Source of the DNA: an uncultured euryarchaeote
GTDB lineage: Archaea > Thermoplasmatota > Poseidoniia > Poseidoniales > Poseidoniaceae
Assembly: GCA_937892945.1 (NCBI GenBank)
Contig: CALBIL010000038.1
Span: 66,102-130,101 of the forward strand
Direction of reading: 5' to 3'
DNA length: 64,000 nucleotides
Below the pieces are notes generated by a model. The model was not told where the DNA came from, ran no database searches, and saw only the letters and a list, made by a program, of their open reading frames with translations. The position numbers and the translations under genes were made by a program. Position 1 is the first letter of the stretch. The number at the start of each line of letters is the position of its first letter. Positions 33,899-44,338 of the stretch are shown here, piece by piece.

Positions 33899-36800
33899 AT
33901 GCTTATGTCCTCTCCCTTGAGTTCAACGAATCCCAATAAATCGAGTTCCATTCTCTTGGCATTGATGCTTGTCGTAACGACGCTTACTTTGTCTGCACCA
34001 AGCGTATCTGCCGTCGGTCCAAATCAAAACGATTTCGGATTATCTATGGATTTACCAGACACCATGTCAGGACTCAATTCATCCTTTGTAGCAAACCTTT
34101 CAGGATTGGCACCTGTGTATTTTCCTGACTTCGGAGAGTTCGATGTCAATGATGATGAAGACTGGCTCGCAGTTAACCTTTCAGCCTATGAAGGTTTAGC
34201 CCTGGAACTTTCCTTTAATTCAACATATACTTCAGCCAACGGAACAACGTATTCCAATGATTTTGATCTTGCAATCTATGATGCGAATGGAAATTTTATC
34301 GATGAATCATATATGTACAACCCCGAGTCTGTAAGCACAAATAATTCAGCAACTCCACATGGAGGGACTGTTTTCATCCAGATGTCTCGTTATGACGGGT
34401 ATGGATTCTATACGCTTGAACTCTGGACATTCAGCACCTCAACAGGCAACGGTACTGGTGGCAATAGTAGCGGAGGAAACGCAATACCAAGCCCATGTAC
34501 TGGGAACGGTACTGCACCGGACATCTTAGAACCCAATGATTCACCTGCGACTGCGACTGTAGCCTCATTATTGCCGGTTATCTGCACTGGATTAAGTGTC
34601 GAAATAAGTTCTGCTGGAGTTGCCAATGATGATTATTACGAAATACAAATGATCAGTGGAGTCACCTACTACTTCAATTTGACATTCTATCATTCCAATG
34701 GCGATGTTGATGCAACTTTACAAGATGCTTCTGGAAATTCTCTTTCTTTCAATAATTTCGCGAGTATGTCTTCTTCATCAGATAATGAAGCAGCGTCATA
34801 TACTGCTGCATCAAATTTCACAGCATACTTCAAAGTGTATCATTACTCATCATTTGGGTCTGTTGGAGTTATTGCGAATACATATGCCGTCTCAATCACT
34901 ACAAACTTACCAGGCGGTGGGCAAAGTTTTCAGTCCGTCACCGTGACCATGAATGGAACAACTGATTCAATGCTTGAATTCACGGGATTGACCGTTGGAG
35001 ATTCCTATCTTTATAATTATTCAAATGTTCAGTTTTTCTTGAATGGTACTGAAAGTTGGTCTGCGCCAACCAATTCCACCCTCAATGCAACAGCAACGAC
35101 CATGCTTGCCAATGCGACATCGGCAAGCCCGCTTATGGAAGAATCGGATTACTGTTCTATTTCGGTCTTGAAAGACGCCATAGGAGCAATGATCGATGAA
35201 GATCGAGATTGTATCTACATCGAAATGCTCGAAGCTTACGTAACCTCTTCAACAACAGGGGAAATATATGCAACAAACCTCAGTACATACACCGGTTATA
35301 CAGTATGGTGGCTTGTCTATGATATGGTCGAATTCGATAACAATTACACGACTTCGATGGATGTCGATATGGCACTCGCAGCATCAATGATTGACCAAAT
35401 GAACGTCACGTTCACTACCAGTACGGCCACATCTGAATCGTGGCAAATTACATGGAATGGACCAACGACCATGAATGATCACGGGTTTGTTACTTTCCTT
35501 TCTTACAATAACACTCTCGTTAATCTGACTTCCAATGAAGGATTTATTGGCGTTCATGATGATGATTTCACCCCACAATTGCCGACCATGTTGATCGATT
35601 CTTATTCAACAAGTTCAACTTCAGCCACCAATGATGTCATGGTCAAAGGCAGCGACCTTGTTACAGGAGACGATTACAAATATCAAATCTTAGTCACTGA
35701 TAGTGCAGGTGCATCGTTGGCTACTTCAACCCTCAGTACCTTTACTGCAACAGCACAGAACATGAGCATGCCAACATTTACGTATGCTACACCAAACATG
35801 AGTGGTATTTACTGCGCAGTCGTCAATCTCTACTCGGCAGCAAGCGTTCAATTGATCGGCGACAGTGATTGTTTCTCACTGACCATCGATGATGATAATG
35901 ATGGAGTTGCCAATGAATACGATCTATGTGCCAACACAACTGCTGGTGCTTCGGTCGACATGGATGGTTGTGAACTTTCTCAGAAAGATTCCGACGGTGA
36001 CGGCTACAACGATATGGTTGATGATTTCCCTTACGACAGCAGCCAATATTCAGATATGGATGGCGATGGGTATGGCGATGACCCAACTGGTAATTCACCC
36101 GATGCTTTTCCGCTTGACAGTTCCCAATGGGATGACCAAGATGGTGACGGCTATGGAGATAATCTAAACGGCAACTCATCCGATGCTTTCCCTTACGATT
36201 CAACACAATGGGCAGACCAAGACGGTGATGGCTACGGAGATAACGCCGCAGGAAATTATGCTGATGAATATCCTACCGATTCAACGCAATGGGAAGATAC
36301 AGATGGTGATGGATTCGGTGACAACCCAACGGGCACCAACGGTGATGCTTTCCCTACGGATTCATCTCAATGGGCAGACCAAGATGGTGATGGGTATGGT
36401 GACAATCCAACTGGAACCACTCCTGACCAATTCCCTACTGATTCAACCCAATGGACCGACACCGACGGTGATGGCTACGGGGATAACCCGACAGGAAACA
36501 ACGGTGATGCTTTCCCTGCAGATGTAACCCAATGGGCTGACGAAGATGGCGATGGCTACGGAGATAACCAAGCAGGCACCAACCCGGATGCTTTCCCAAT
36601 GGACGGGACTCAATGGGAAGATGCCGATGGTGATGGATACGGAGATAACCAAAATGGAAACATGGCTGACCGATTCCCTACTGAACCAACACAATGGTCC
36701 GATGCAGATGGAGACAGCTATGGTGATAATCCAAACGGCGATACTCCAGACCATTGTTTGAACACACCCGCAGGTCAATCCGTTGATTCAATGGGATGTT

Positions 36801-38053
36801 CAGAACAACAGAAAGACGATGATCTCGATGGAGTCAGTAATGACCTCGATGCATGTCCAATGACCCCTGCAGGTGAAAACGTCGACCCTACAGGATGTTC
36901 AGGCTCTCAAGAAGACGGCGATAATGATGGAATCATGGATGCATTCGATGCTTGTCCAATGACACCACTTGGCTCTTCAGTCGATAGCGCAGGATGCGCC
37001 GATATGCAACGAGATACTGATGGAGATGGGATTAATGACCAACTCGATGAATGCCCAACGACCACACCGGCAACTTTGGTCAACGGCATTGGCTGCTCAT
37101 CTGCTGAACGTGATACTGATGGAGATGGTGTCAATGACATTGATGATTTTTGCCCAATGACTGTGGACGAAGATGAGGTAAATGACGATGGGTGTTCAAA
37201 CGCTCAGCGGGATGATGACAATGATGCAATCATGAACGATGTCGATGAATGTCCAGATACTGAACTCGGTCTTATAACGGACGCCTCTGGATGTGCTGAC
37301 AATCAAAAGGATGCTGATGACGACATGATTGATGATACCATTGACACCTGCCCTGCAACGCCTTCAGGCGAGCAAGTCAATCCAGAAGGTTGCGCTGAAT
37401 CTCAAATTGATGAAGACAATGACACAATTAAAAATCACAAAGATTTGTGCCCTGATTCAGATGAATCGCACGGTGTTGATCTCGATGGATGCTCAGAGTA
37501 TCAAAAAGACGATGATGAAGATGGAGTCAAGAATGTTGATGATGACTGCCCTCTCTCACCTATTGGTGGAATTGTTTTCGACGATGGATGTGCTTTGACA
37601 CAGATGGATACCGACCAAGATGGAATTAATGATGCTGAAGATGATTTCCCATTAGACCGTAACGAAACGACAGATACTGATGGAGATGGAGTTTCAGACA
37701 CCTATGATTACTATCCCGAAGATGCTGCACGCTCAGAACAGGACACAGAAGACGGTGGAGGCGGACTTGTTTACGCAATTCTTGCCCTCCTAGCACTCTG
37801 TGGCCTTGGTGCACTGCTCGTTGTTCGAAAGAGCCAAGAATCTGTTGTTGAGAGTTCACCATTTGCAACTCAAAACTATACAGATACTGCTACTGACGCA
37901 CACATGGGAACCGAAGCGTCAAAGGAACTCCCCGTAATTGCAGAAGAACCTCAACAATGGGAAGAAGCCGGTGTCAATTGGTCGAAAGCTGCTGATGGAA
38001 GTTTATCGTATTACGATACTGCATCGAGTTCTTGGGTCCCTTACGAAGGTTAA
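33899..38053 (+). CDS. Large surface protein: PPC-like domains, TSP3-like repeats, C-terminal TM anchor and short tail
   Basis: Signal peptide, two PPC-like modules (DEDWLAV..DFDLAIYD; EPND..DDYYEI..DVDATLQD), long DxDGDG repeat array, TM LVYAILALLALCGLGALLVV; start uncertain. Confidence 0.9.
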   Translation: MLMSSPLSSTNPNKSSSILLALMLVVTTLTLSAPSVSAVGPNQNDFGLSMDLPDTMSGLNSSFVANLSGLAPVYFPDFGEFDVNDDEDWLAVNLSAYEGLALELSFNSTYTSANGTTYSNDFDLAIYDANGNFIDESYMYNPESVSTNNSATPHGGTVFIQMSRYDGYGFYTLELWTFSTSTGNGTGGNSSGGNAIPSPCTGNGTAPDILEPNDSPATATVASLLPVICTGLSVEISSAGVANDDYYEIQMISGVTYYFNLTFYHSNGDVDATLQDASGNSLSFNNFASMSSSSDNEAASYTAASNFTAYFKVYHYSSFGSVGVIANTYAVSITTNLPGGGQSFQSVTVTMNGTTDSMLEFTGLTVGDSYLYNYSNVQFFLNGTESWSAPTNSTLNATATTMLANATSASPLMEESDYCSISVLKDAIGAMIDEDRDCIYIEMLEAYVTSSTTGEIYATNLSTYTGYTVWWLVYDMVEFDNNYTTSMDVDMALAASMIDQMNVTFTTSTATSESWQITWNGPTTMNDHGFVTFLSYNNTLVNLTSNEGFIGVHDDDFTPQLPTMLIDSYSTSSTSATNDVMVKGSDLVTGDDYKYQILVTDSAGASLATSTLSTFTATAQNMSMPTFTYATPNMSGIYCAVVNLYSAASVQLIGDSDCFSLTIDDDNDGVANEYDLCANTTAGASVDMDGCELSQKDSDGDGYNDMVDDFPYDSSQYSDMDGDGYGDDPTGNSPDAFPLDSSQWDDQDGDGYGDNLNGNSSDAFPYDSTQWADQDGDGYGDNAAGNYADEYPTDSTQWEDTDGDGFGDNPTGTNGDAFPTDSSQWADQDGDGYGDNPTGTTPDQFPTDSTQWTDTDGDGYGDNPTGNNGDAFPADVTQWADEDGDGYGDNQAGTNPDAFPMDGTQWEDADGDGYGDNQNGNMADRFPTEPTQWSDADGDSYGDNPNGDTPDHCLNTPAGQSVDSMGCSEQQKDDDLDGVSNDLDACPMTPAGENVDPTGCSGSQEDGDNDGIMDAFDACPMTPLGSSVDSAGCADMQRDTDGDGINDQLDECPTTTPATLVNGIGCSSAERDTDGDGVNDIDDFCPMTVDEDEVNDDGCSNAQRDDDNDAIMNDVDECPDTELGLITDASGCADNQKDADDDMIDDTIDTCPATPSGEQVNPEGCAESQIDEDNDTIKNHKDLCPDSDESHGVDLDGCSEYQKDDDEDGVKNVDDDCPLSPIGGIVFDDGCALTQMDTDQDGINDAEDDFPLDRNETTDTDGDGVSDTYDYYPEDAARSEQDTEDGGGGLVYAILALLALCGLGALLVVRKSQESVVESSPFATQNYTDTATDAHMGTEASKELPVIAEEPQQWEEAGVNWSKAADGSLSYYDTASSSWVPYEG
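35987..36760 (+). repeat. Tandem 27-aa (81-nt) coding repeat DAFPxDxxQWxDxDGDGYGDNxxGxxx
   Basis: About 9 consecutive copies in the translation; DNA repeats such as caatgggcagaccaagatggtgatgg. Confidence 0.9.
36750..37720 (+). repeat. Tandem ~33-aa TSP3-like coding repeat DxDxDGxxDxxDxCPxTxxGxxVDxxGC
   Basis: About 9 copies with paired Cys in the translation. Confidence 0.85.
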
Positions 38054-38118
38054 TCCCGATTTGAAACACGACTCATTAGAGAGAAGTCTCATCAATGACG
38101 AATCAATCGAGTTGTTTG

Positions 38119-38580
38119 ATGCAACGGCGGGTCCTTTTAATGCGACATGCCAAAAGTGGCTGGAGTGATACTTCACTTCATGATCATCAAAGACCCCTTA
38201 ACCCGAGAGGAGTAAGGGATGCACCGCGGATTGCACACGCCTTACAACGTTTAGAATGGACTCCAAGTCACGTCTATGTCAGTGATTCCAAGCGTACATT
38301 ATCGACGCTCGAAGGCATGAAAACAATTTTTGGAGATCTGAAGATACACATAATGGAAAGTCTCTATCATTCACCAGCAATTACGATTCTTGAATGTATA
38401 CAAAAATCCAAGCAAGAGGAAGTCACTCTCATCCTCTCACACAATCCTGGAACAGAAATGGTGTTGTATCAACTTACAGGGGTACTACATGAAATGCCAA
38501 CAGCAGCCTGTGCTCTTCTTGTTGAACAAGGTGGAAAGTGGCATTGCCAACATGTACTACGTCCAAAAGAACTTGATTAG
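38119..38580 (+). CDS. SixA-like histidine phosphatase
   Basis: LMRHAKS, DHQRPLNPRG, SDSKRT, SHNPG, MPTA. Confidence 0.88.
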   Translation: MQRRVLLMRHAKSGWSDTSLHDHQRPLNPRGVRDAPRIAHALQRLEWTPSHVYVSDSKRTLSTLEGMKTIFGDLKIHIMESLYHSPAITILECIQKSKQEEVTLILSHNPGTEMVLYQLTGVLHEMPTAACALLVEQGGKWHCQHVLRPKELD

Positions 38581-38798
38581 TATGAATCAGAAATCGGGCA
38601 TGTACTGTGGCCCAATACTCGATAAATGTAGCAATTTCCGGAAATAGCATTGAATAAAAGGGAGCCTGCAGCTGCCAGGAGACCCACTGTGACGATGGAA
38701 GAGGGTTCCAAACTGACCGTTAGAATAATCAGTATTGTACCGATGATAGCACGTACTTTTCGGTCCTTACCGCTTTGATTCGTCACGATAAGTTCCAA
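38577..38798 (-). CDS. DUF2892/YgaP-like small membrane protein
   Basis: NQSGKDRKVRAIIG...GNCYIYRVLGHSTC pattern; start uncertain. Confidence 0.75.
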   Translation of the reverse strand: MELIVTNQSGKDRKVRAIIGTILIILTVSLEPSSIVTVGLLAAAGSLLFNAISGNCYIYRVLGHSTCPISDSY

Positions 38799-38810
38799 AA
38801 TGTCACTTCC

Positions 38811-40166
38811 TCAAACAACGCCATGTGCCATCATTGCTTCTGCGATTTTCAAGAAGCCTGCAACGTTCGCTCCAAAAACATAGTCGCCAGGGCGGCCATA
38901 CTTTTCGGCTGTTTCAGCAGCGTTCTTGTGAATATTAACCATAATGTTGTCCAGTTTTGCATCGACTTCTTCACGAGTCCATCCATATCGAAGTGAGTTT
39001 TGAGACATTTCAAGACCAGAGGTAGCAACGCCACCTGCATTACTTGCTTTGCCTGGAGCAAACATAACACCGCTCTTTTGGAACACTTCAACTGCCTCAG
39101 GTGTGCACGGCATGTTGGCACCTTCTGCCACAGCAATCACATTGTTATCCACGAGCATTTGTGCTTCAGCACCGTTCACTTCGTTCTGTGTTGCACATGG
39201 AAGAGCGACATCAACATTGACACCCCAAAGACCGTTTGAGGATGGTTCAGGCGCAGATGCTGTAAAGGTGCCACTGGTAAATTTAGAAGCGTATTCTGAA
39301 ATTCGCCCACGGCGATTATTCTTCAGATCCATAATCCAAGCCAATTTCTCTCGGTTGATTCCTTCTGAATCATGAATGAATCCACTGGAGTCAGACATGG
39401 TCATTGGAATTCCACCAAGGTCAAGCACTTTTTCACAAGCGAATTGGGCAACGTTACCCGAGCCAGAAAGAGAGACTGTAGCACCTTCGAATGACTTGCC
39501 TTTCGTGGCAAGCATTTCACGAGCAAAGTAGACTAAACCGTATCCAGTTGCTTCTGGTCGAATCAATGATCCACCATATGAGCGACCTTTTCCTGTTAAG
39601 ACACCTGCCTGAAACTCATTTCGGAGTTTTTTATACATTCCAAACATGTAACCGATTTCGCGACCACCGACGCCGATATCTCCGGCAGGAACGTCACAGT
39701 TATGTCCGATATGTCGCCAAAGTTCCATCATAAACGATTGGCAAAAGCGCATAACTTCACTATCAGACTTACCCTTTGGATTAAAATCTGCACCACCTTT
39801 TCCGCCACCCATTGGAAGGCCTGTCAAGGAATTCTTGAAAATTTGCTCAAAAGCAAGGAACTTCAAGATGGAAGCATTCACCGTTGGATGGAACCGAAGT
39901 CCACCCTTGTAAGGGCCGATAGCGCCATTAAATTGGATGCGGAATCCACGATTCACTTGAACGGCTCCTGCATCGTCGACCCATGGAACTCGGAAATGGA
40001 TAAGACGTTCTGGTTCTACAACTCGTTCAACGATTGAGCGGTATTCTGGGTGAGCTTCGATGACAGGTTCCAGCGACTCTAAAACTTCCCAAACAGCCTG
40101 ATGGAATTCAGGTTGATTCGGATCTCGGGCGACCACGGATTCATAAATCTCTTTTGTTACACTCAT
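38811..40166 (-). CDS. gdhA: NADP-specific glutamate dehydrogenase
   Basis: EFHQAV, GPYKGGLRFHP, MGGGKGG, DVPAGDIGVG, RPEATGYG, GSGNVA, EGANMP. Confidence 0.97.
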   Translation of the reverse strand: MSVTKEIYESVVARDPNQPEFHQAVWEVLESLEPVIEAHPEYRSIVERVVEPERLIHFRVPWVDDAGAVQVNRGFRIQFNGAIGPYKGGLRFHPTVNASILKFLAFEQIFKNSLTGLPMGGGKGGADFNPKGKSDSEVMRFCQSFMMELWRHIGHNCDVPAGDIGVGGREIGYMFGMYKKLRNEFQAGVLTGKGRSYGGSLIRPEATGYGLVYFAREMLATKGKSFEGATVSLSGSGNVAQFACEKVLDLGGIPMTMSDSSGFIHDSEGINREKLAWIMDLKNNRRGRISEYASKFTSGTFTASAPEPSSNGLWGVNVDVALPCATQNEVNGAEAQMLVDNNVIAVAEGANMPCTPEAVEVFQKSGVMFAPGKASNAGGVATSGLEMSQNSLRYGWTREEVDAKLDNIMVNIHKNAAETAEKYGRPGDYVFGANVAGFLKIAEAMMAHGVV

Positions 40167-40280
40167 AATAGCACCATTAACGTATGTGTTAGCCGTGCCA
40201 AAGAGAGACCCTTTCTAAGTATTACCATCAAAAGCGTTCCTCAAAGCGCTGGTTGGTAACGATAACTGTCTGAACCATAT

Positions 40281-40727
40281 TCAATATGGACATACCGTGT
40301 TGAACCGCTTTAATCGTTCAAGACGGCGAACACCATTCGAATCAATATCTGCCATGGCCTGAATGGCTTCTTCAATCATAACATGTTGGTCTTCTTGAAT
40401 ACCAATAAATGTTCGAAGTGTAGTGAGCATCGACCATTCGTCTTCAGAGATGACTTCATCGTCCAAAGCCGCAATAAGAGCTGATTGGTAAATCGTCACA
40501 TCTCCAGTATGGTGCCCAGAGTAATCGAATTCCGTTCCATCGAATGGATTGGTTTCCTCTCCACGGACAACAGCAAGGCAAAAGGCAGTATCACTCGGAT
40601 GGACACCAAGAGCAAGAGCAAGCACATGCAAAATATTTGCTTCATCATCAGTAACGATCGAATCATCCATTGCACTGGTAAGCGTTCGCAAGTAGAGGTA
40701 GAGACCTCGGGATGGTTCAAGAGCCAT
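40281..40727 (-). CDS. Hypothetical protein with duplicated TerB-like helical motif
   Basis: Internal repeat AMDDSIVTDDEANIL / ALDDEVISEDEWSML. Confidence 0.65.
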   Translation of the reverse strand: MALEPSRGLYLYLRTLTSAMDDSIVTDDEANILHVLALALGVHPSDTAFCLAVVRGEETNPFDGTEFDYSGHHTGDVTIYQSALIAALDDEVISEDEWSMLTTLRTFIGIQEDQHVMIEEAIQAMADIDSNGVRRLERLKRFNTVCPY

Positions 40728-40978
40728 GAAGTCTGCTGAAGTCTCACGTATTAGAATGTTCTACTGCGAAACAGAAGAATGACTTGTGTCAATCTATCGA
40801 AGCATGCATACGCCTGTTCCAGGAATACACATCAGAGATTCGAGTCAGGCGTTCAAAAAACTCCTCAACGAGGCACTGCTCAGTAAAAGTTAATGTAATC
40901 ACCTGTAAGTCAATATGTCATTATTCGAGTTACATTGATATACCGCCAAGTATACCCAATGGATACGGAGGACTGAGA

Positions 40979-41353
40979 ATGACAACCCCAAGCAATCTTG
41001 TATCACTACGAATTACTGAGGAAGATCTCGCACAACTCGATGCACGTGTTGGGCTTGAAGGTGCCCGTAACCGTTCGGATGTGATTCGATTGGCCATCCA
41101 ACAATTCCTCAAGGGCCAACCACTTCTCGCCGGCATGGATTCAGTGCGAATCCCTCTCGGGTATGGCGACAAGATGCTTCTTGGCCAACTCTACGAACTG
41201 CAAGGGACTACCCCCGAAACAGCTGCCCAGGAAGGGCTTTCACTTTACATAGAACAGGCCATTAAGTCCCGTTCTGAATTAACACAACAACTCGAGGATC
41301 TCTTGGTTGAAGCCAAGAGTTCAACGATACGACGCGAAGAATACCACGAATAG
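40979..41353 (+). CDS. Ribbon-helix-helix (CopG/Arc) family protein
   Basis: ATG 40979 after GGAGG; LVSLRITEEDLAQLD...NRSDVIRLAIQQFL, with a possible second RHH-like unit. Confidence 0.8.
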   Translation: MTTPSNLVSLRITEEDLAQLDARVGLEGARNRSDVIRLAIQQFLKGQPLLAGMDSVRIPLGYGDKMLLGQLYELQGTTPETAAQEGLSLYIEQAIKSRSELTQQLEDLLVEAKSSTIRREEYHE

Positions 41354-41695
41354 TGGGTGAGAGTGCAGGAGGGGATGGAAAATGAATTGGCAGAACGATG
41401 TTTGCGAGACTCGCGATGCCACCTTCAATGCCGTACGGGATTTGTCCAGTCCGTGCGGATTTGCCGCTTTGCGTCTGCGTGCCCGTCTTGCACGCGCTGG
41501 ACTAAAACAAAACCCAACACACCTCCCCTCGGATGACGGGCGGGGGGACTCAGATTCCACTCCAGCTTGCTAAGTTGGATGGTTCCCACGTGCTCAGGAC
41601 CCCCACATACCTGGGCACAATTATTCACAGCAGTGCAACCGCTGCAAACCAAATATCCCCCAATCCTTTAGAGGGGTCGACACTGAACCATCATT

Positions 41696-43801
41696 ATGAC
41701 AGTGGAGGAGGGTCGAGCAAAGGAAGATGTGTTTGCCTTTTTGGCCCATGAAAAGCCCAGGCCTGGTCAAATCGAAATGATCCGGGAATCGACAGAAGCT
41801 CTTCGGAGCGGTGGCTACCATTTGGCTGCAGCACCAACTGGAATCGGAAAGACGGCGGCGGCTCTCGCTGCTGCACTTGAAATCACGCAGAACTCTCCAA
41901 ACAAGAAACATGTATTTTTTCTCACTTCACGTCAAAGTCAACATCGAATCGTTGTTGACACTGTCCGTAGAATAAACCAAATGCGTGCTGGTAAAGCACC
42001 CATCTCTTTAGTCGATATGATTGGACAATCCGGAATGTGTGTCCAACCCTTTGCAAAGGAATCCTCCCTCGTGTTCTCAATGATGTGCAGTACTGCCCGG
42101 AAGACGAAATCATGTCGCCCATGGATCACCAGTGCTCCGGGATTAACCAAGAGAATCCTTGACAGCCCACTTCACGTTGATGAATTAGTAGATCTGACTA
42201 AAATCCATAGAGTCGGTGGTGAAATCACTCAGACTTGCCCTTGGAAAGCAGCGAGAGAAGCCGCAGGTCATGCGGATATTTTCGTAGGCGATTACAACCA
42301 TATCTTTGATGAAGGCGTCCGTAAATCAAGTTTAGAAGCAATGGGAGTCGCTCTTGAAGATGTTATTGTCGTTGTCGATGAGGCACACAACCTTCCGAAC
42401 AGAATCAGGATGACGATGGAAAAAATCATCACGCCTCTTATGGCCCGAAACGCAACCATGGAATTAGAAGAATACGTGGGCACACTAACGGCACATTACC
42501 TCAAATCGAACTCAGTCTCAAGCGCATTGGAACTTGATGTAGCGACGTGGGCGTTTGAAGTTATGAAAATTGCTCGGACAAAGGTCGCTGATTTATTTCG
42601 TCAACTCCACACCGATTTACCGAATAACAAGGATGAATCCCGCGTCGAAGTTTCAAGAATCTTAGAGATTCTTCACCGTTCGTGCGATGAATATGAAGGG
42701 TTGACTGGACAAAAAACATTGGCTGATAAACCTGAATTAGCGGATGTATCTGTTGAAAGGAGCCATCGATTACCGCGACTTTCCGACCTGCTCCTTCGTG
42801 TTGAAATCGATTTGGAAGCAGGAGACGATGAAGATGCAATGGAACCGGATTCTCATCGAATGGGGCATATTCTAAAATGCATCGAAACCTTTGGAGAGAC
42901 CAGTGCTTTAAGTTTGGTATTTAGTTCGAAAAAAGGCAAGGACGGAACAATTACCTCGCACCTTTTGGACCCCGGCCTTGTATCTGGCCCAGTATTCTCA
43001 TCCATACATGGCGCTATTCTGATGTCGGGAACGCTGTATCCTCCCCAGATGTATGCAGACATGCTTGATCTACCTGCTGGGAAAACTACGAAAACAGCGT
43101 ACACCTCACCGTTTGCTGGCGAACGACGACCGGTACTGGTTGCAGGTGATGTCACCACCAAGTTCAGCCAAAGAACACCAATGATGTGGGCAAAGATTCG
43201 AAATCACATTCAAGCCCTCGTCGATGGAACACCAGGGCATATTGCGGTCTTTTCAACTTCATACAGAATTATGGATGAGATTCTCGGAGAAACGAACTTC
43301 AAAGGCATCAGAAAAGTAGTTGAAAGTAGAGACTGGACAAAAAATGACATCGATTCAATTGTTGAAACTCTCCGCAGCGAGAAAGAATCAGGTCGTCGAA
43401 TCTTGCTGTGTGGAGTGATGGGAGCACGGTTGTCAGAGGGTATCGATTACAATGGTGGCATATTGGATGCAATCGTCTGTGTTGGAATTCAAAATCCACC
43501 TCCATCTGTCCTCTCAGATTCACTCAACGCCTATGCTGGAGACCGTTTTGGGAAACATAACGCTTGGCGTTATACGGTAACCCAACCGGCGATTAATACA
43601 ATTTTACAAGCAATGGGTCGCCCGATCCGCTCTGTTGGCGACCGTGCCTTGATTCTCCTTTTGGACCAGCGTCATACCGACCGAAATTACATCAGTTGTT
43701 ATCCAAGCGATTTGCGAATGAATTCAACCAATGACCCACAAACGACAGCAAGTTTTGCTCGTCGCTTCTTTTCCAAAGTCCACACCATTGAAGAAGTGTG
43801 A
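41696..43801 (+). CDS. XPD/Rad3/DinG family Fe-S DNA helicase
   Basis: Q-motif RPGQ, APTGIGKT, four Cys (MCVQ, MCST, SCRP, TCPW), DEAHN, MSGTL, SEGID, QAMGRPIR. Confidence 0.92.
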   Translation: MTVEEGRAKEDVFAFLAHEKPRPGQIEMIRESTEALRSGGYHLAAAPTGIGKTAAALAAALEITQNSPNKKHVFFLTSRQSQHRIVVDTVRRINQMRAGKAPISLVDMIGQSGMCVQPFAKESSLVFSMMCSTARKTKSCRPWITSAPGLTKRILDSPLHVDELVDLTKIHRVGGEITQTCPWKAAREAAGHADIFVGDYNHIFDEGVRKSSLEAMGVALEDVIVVVDEAHNLPNRIRMTMEKIITPLMARNATMELEEYVGTLTAHYLKSNSVSSALELDVATWAFEVMKIARTKVADLFRQLHTDLPNNKDESRVEVSRILEILHRSCDEYEGLTGQKTLADKPELADVSVERSHRLPRLSDLLLRVEIDLEAGDDEDAMEPDSHRMGHILKCIETFGETSALSLVFSSKKGKDGTITSHLLDPGLVSGPVFSSIHGAILMSGTLYPPQMYADMLDLPAGKTTKTAYTSPFAGERRPVLVAGDVTTKFSQRTPMMWAKIRNHIQALVDGTPGHIAVFSTSYRIMDEILGETNFKGIRKVVESRDWTKNDIDSIVETLRSEKESGRRILLCGVMGARLSEGIDYNGGILDAIVCVGIQNPPPSVLSDSLNAYAGDRFGKHNAWRYTVTQPAINTILQAMGRPIRSVGDRALILLLDQRHTDRNYISCYPSDLRMNSTNDPQTTASFARRFFSKVHTIEEV

Positions 43802-43859
43802 ACGGAATACAAATGTTGGAGGACGAAGGTTCATGGAGGCCGCACACAACCGATACACC

Positions 43860-44333
43860 ATGTCGACATGGGAAACAGTTCACTTGGAAACAGAAAGTTT
43901 CGATGAAGTCACTGAAAAAACGATGGATGGAAAGACATTGGGACTTGAGGCTGAACCTCAACAACTCCATGCTGAGTTCCATATTCAAGCCGGACATTTA
44001 TCGGATGTTCAAATCAACCATCAACGCGTCCTCACTGCATCAGGAATGATTCCAGAAACACATCTTGCTGAAATAGAACCTGAGCGACGTTTGGCTTGGA
44101 TGGTTGACCAATTGCACGGAACCGTGAACCCTGATGGACTCATGATACCGCTCCATGGAGCCAACGATTCTGACATTCAAGTTTCAACTCTTGAAGATGA
44201 AACGCAACGTCAATTACGTATTATCGTCAAGGAAGCTGGCCATGACGACCTGCTACGCATCCTCCCATTACCGGCTGAAGCAAGTGAAATCAGTGCCCAT
44301 TTCATCAATGGTCGACTTCATCTCCGCTGGTGA
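43860..44333 (+). CDS. Hypothetical protein with HSP20-like C-terminus
   Basis: LPLPAEASEISAHFINGRLHLRW resembles the alpha-crystallin motif AxyxNGvL. Confidence 0.55.
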   Translation: MSTWETVHLETESFDEVTEKTMDGKTLGLEAEPQQLHAEFHIQAGHLSDVQINHQRVLTASGMIPETHLAEIEPERRLAWMVDQLHGTVNPDGLMIPLHGANDSDIQVSTLEDETQRQLRIIVKEAGHDDLLRILPLPAEASEISAHFINGRLHLRW

Positions 44334-44338
44334 GTTTC

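Noticed and set aside
35987-36760. Regular ~81-nt periodicity resembling a CRISPR array
   Set aside because: The repeats are in-frame, vary at synonymous sites and lack unique spacers; no cas genes are present.
41400-41690. RNase P RNA or SRP RNA
   Set aside because: The conserved signature sequences were not found on either strand; kept only as an unassigned candidate.
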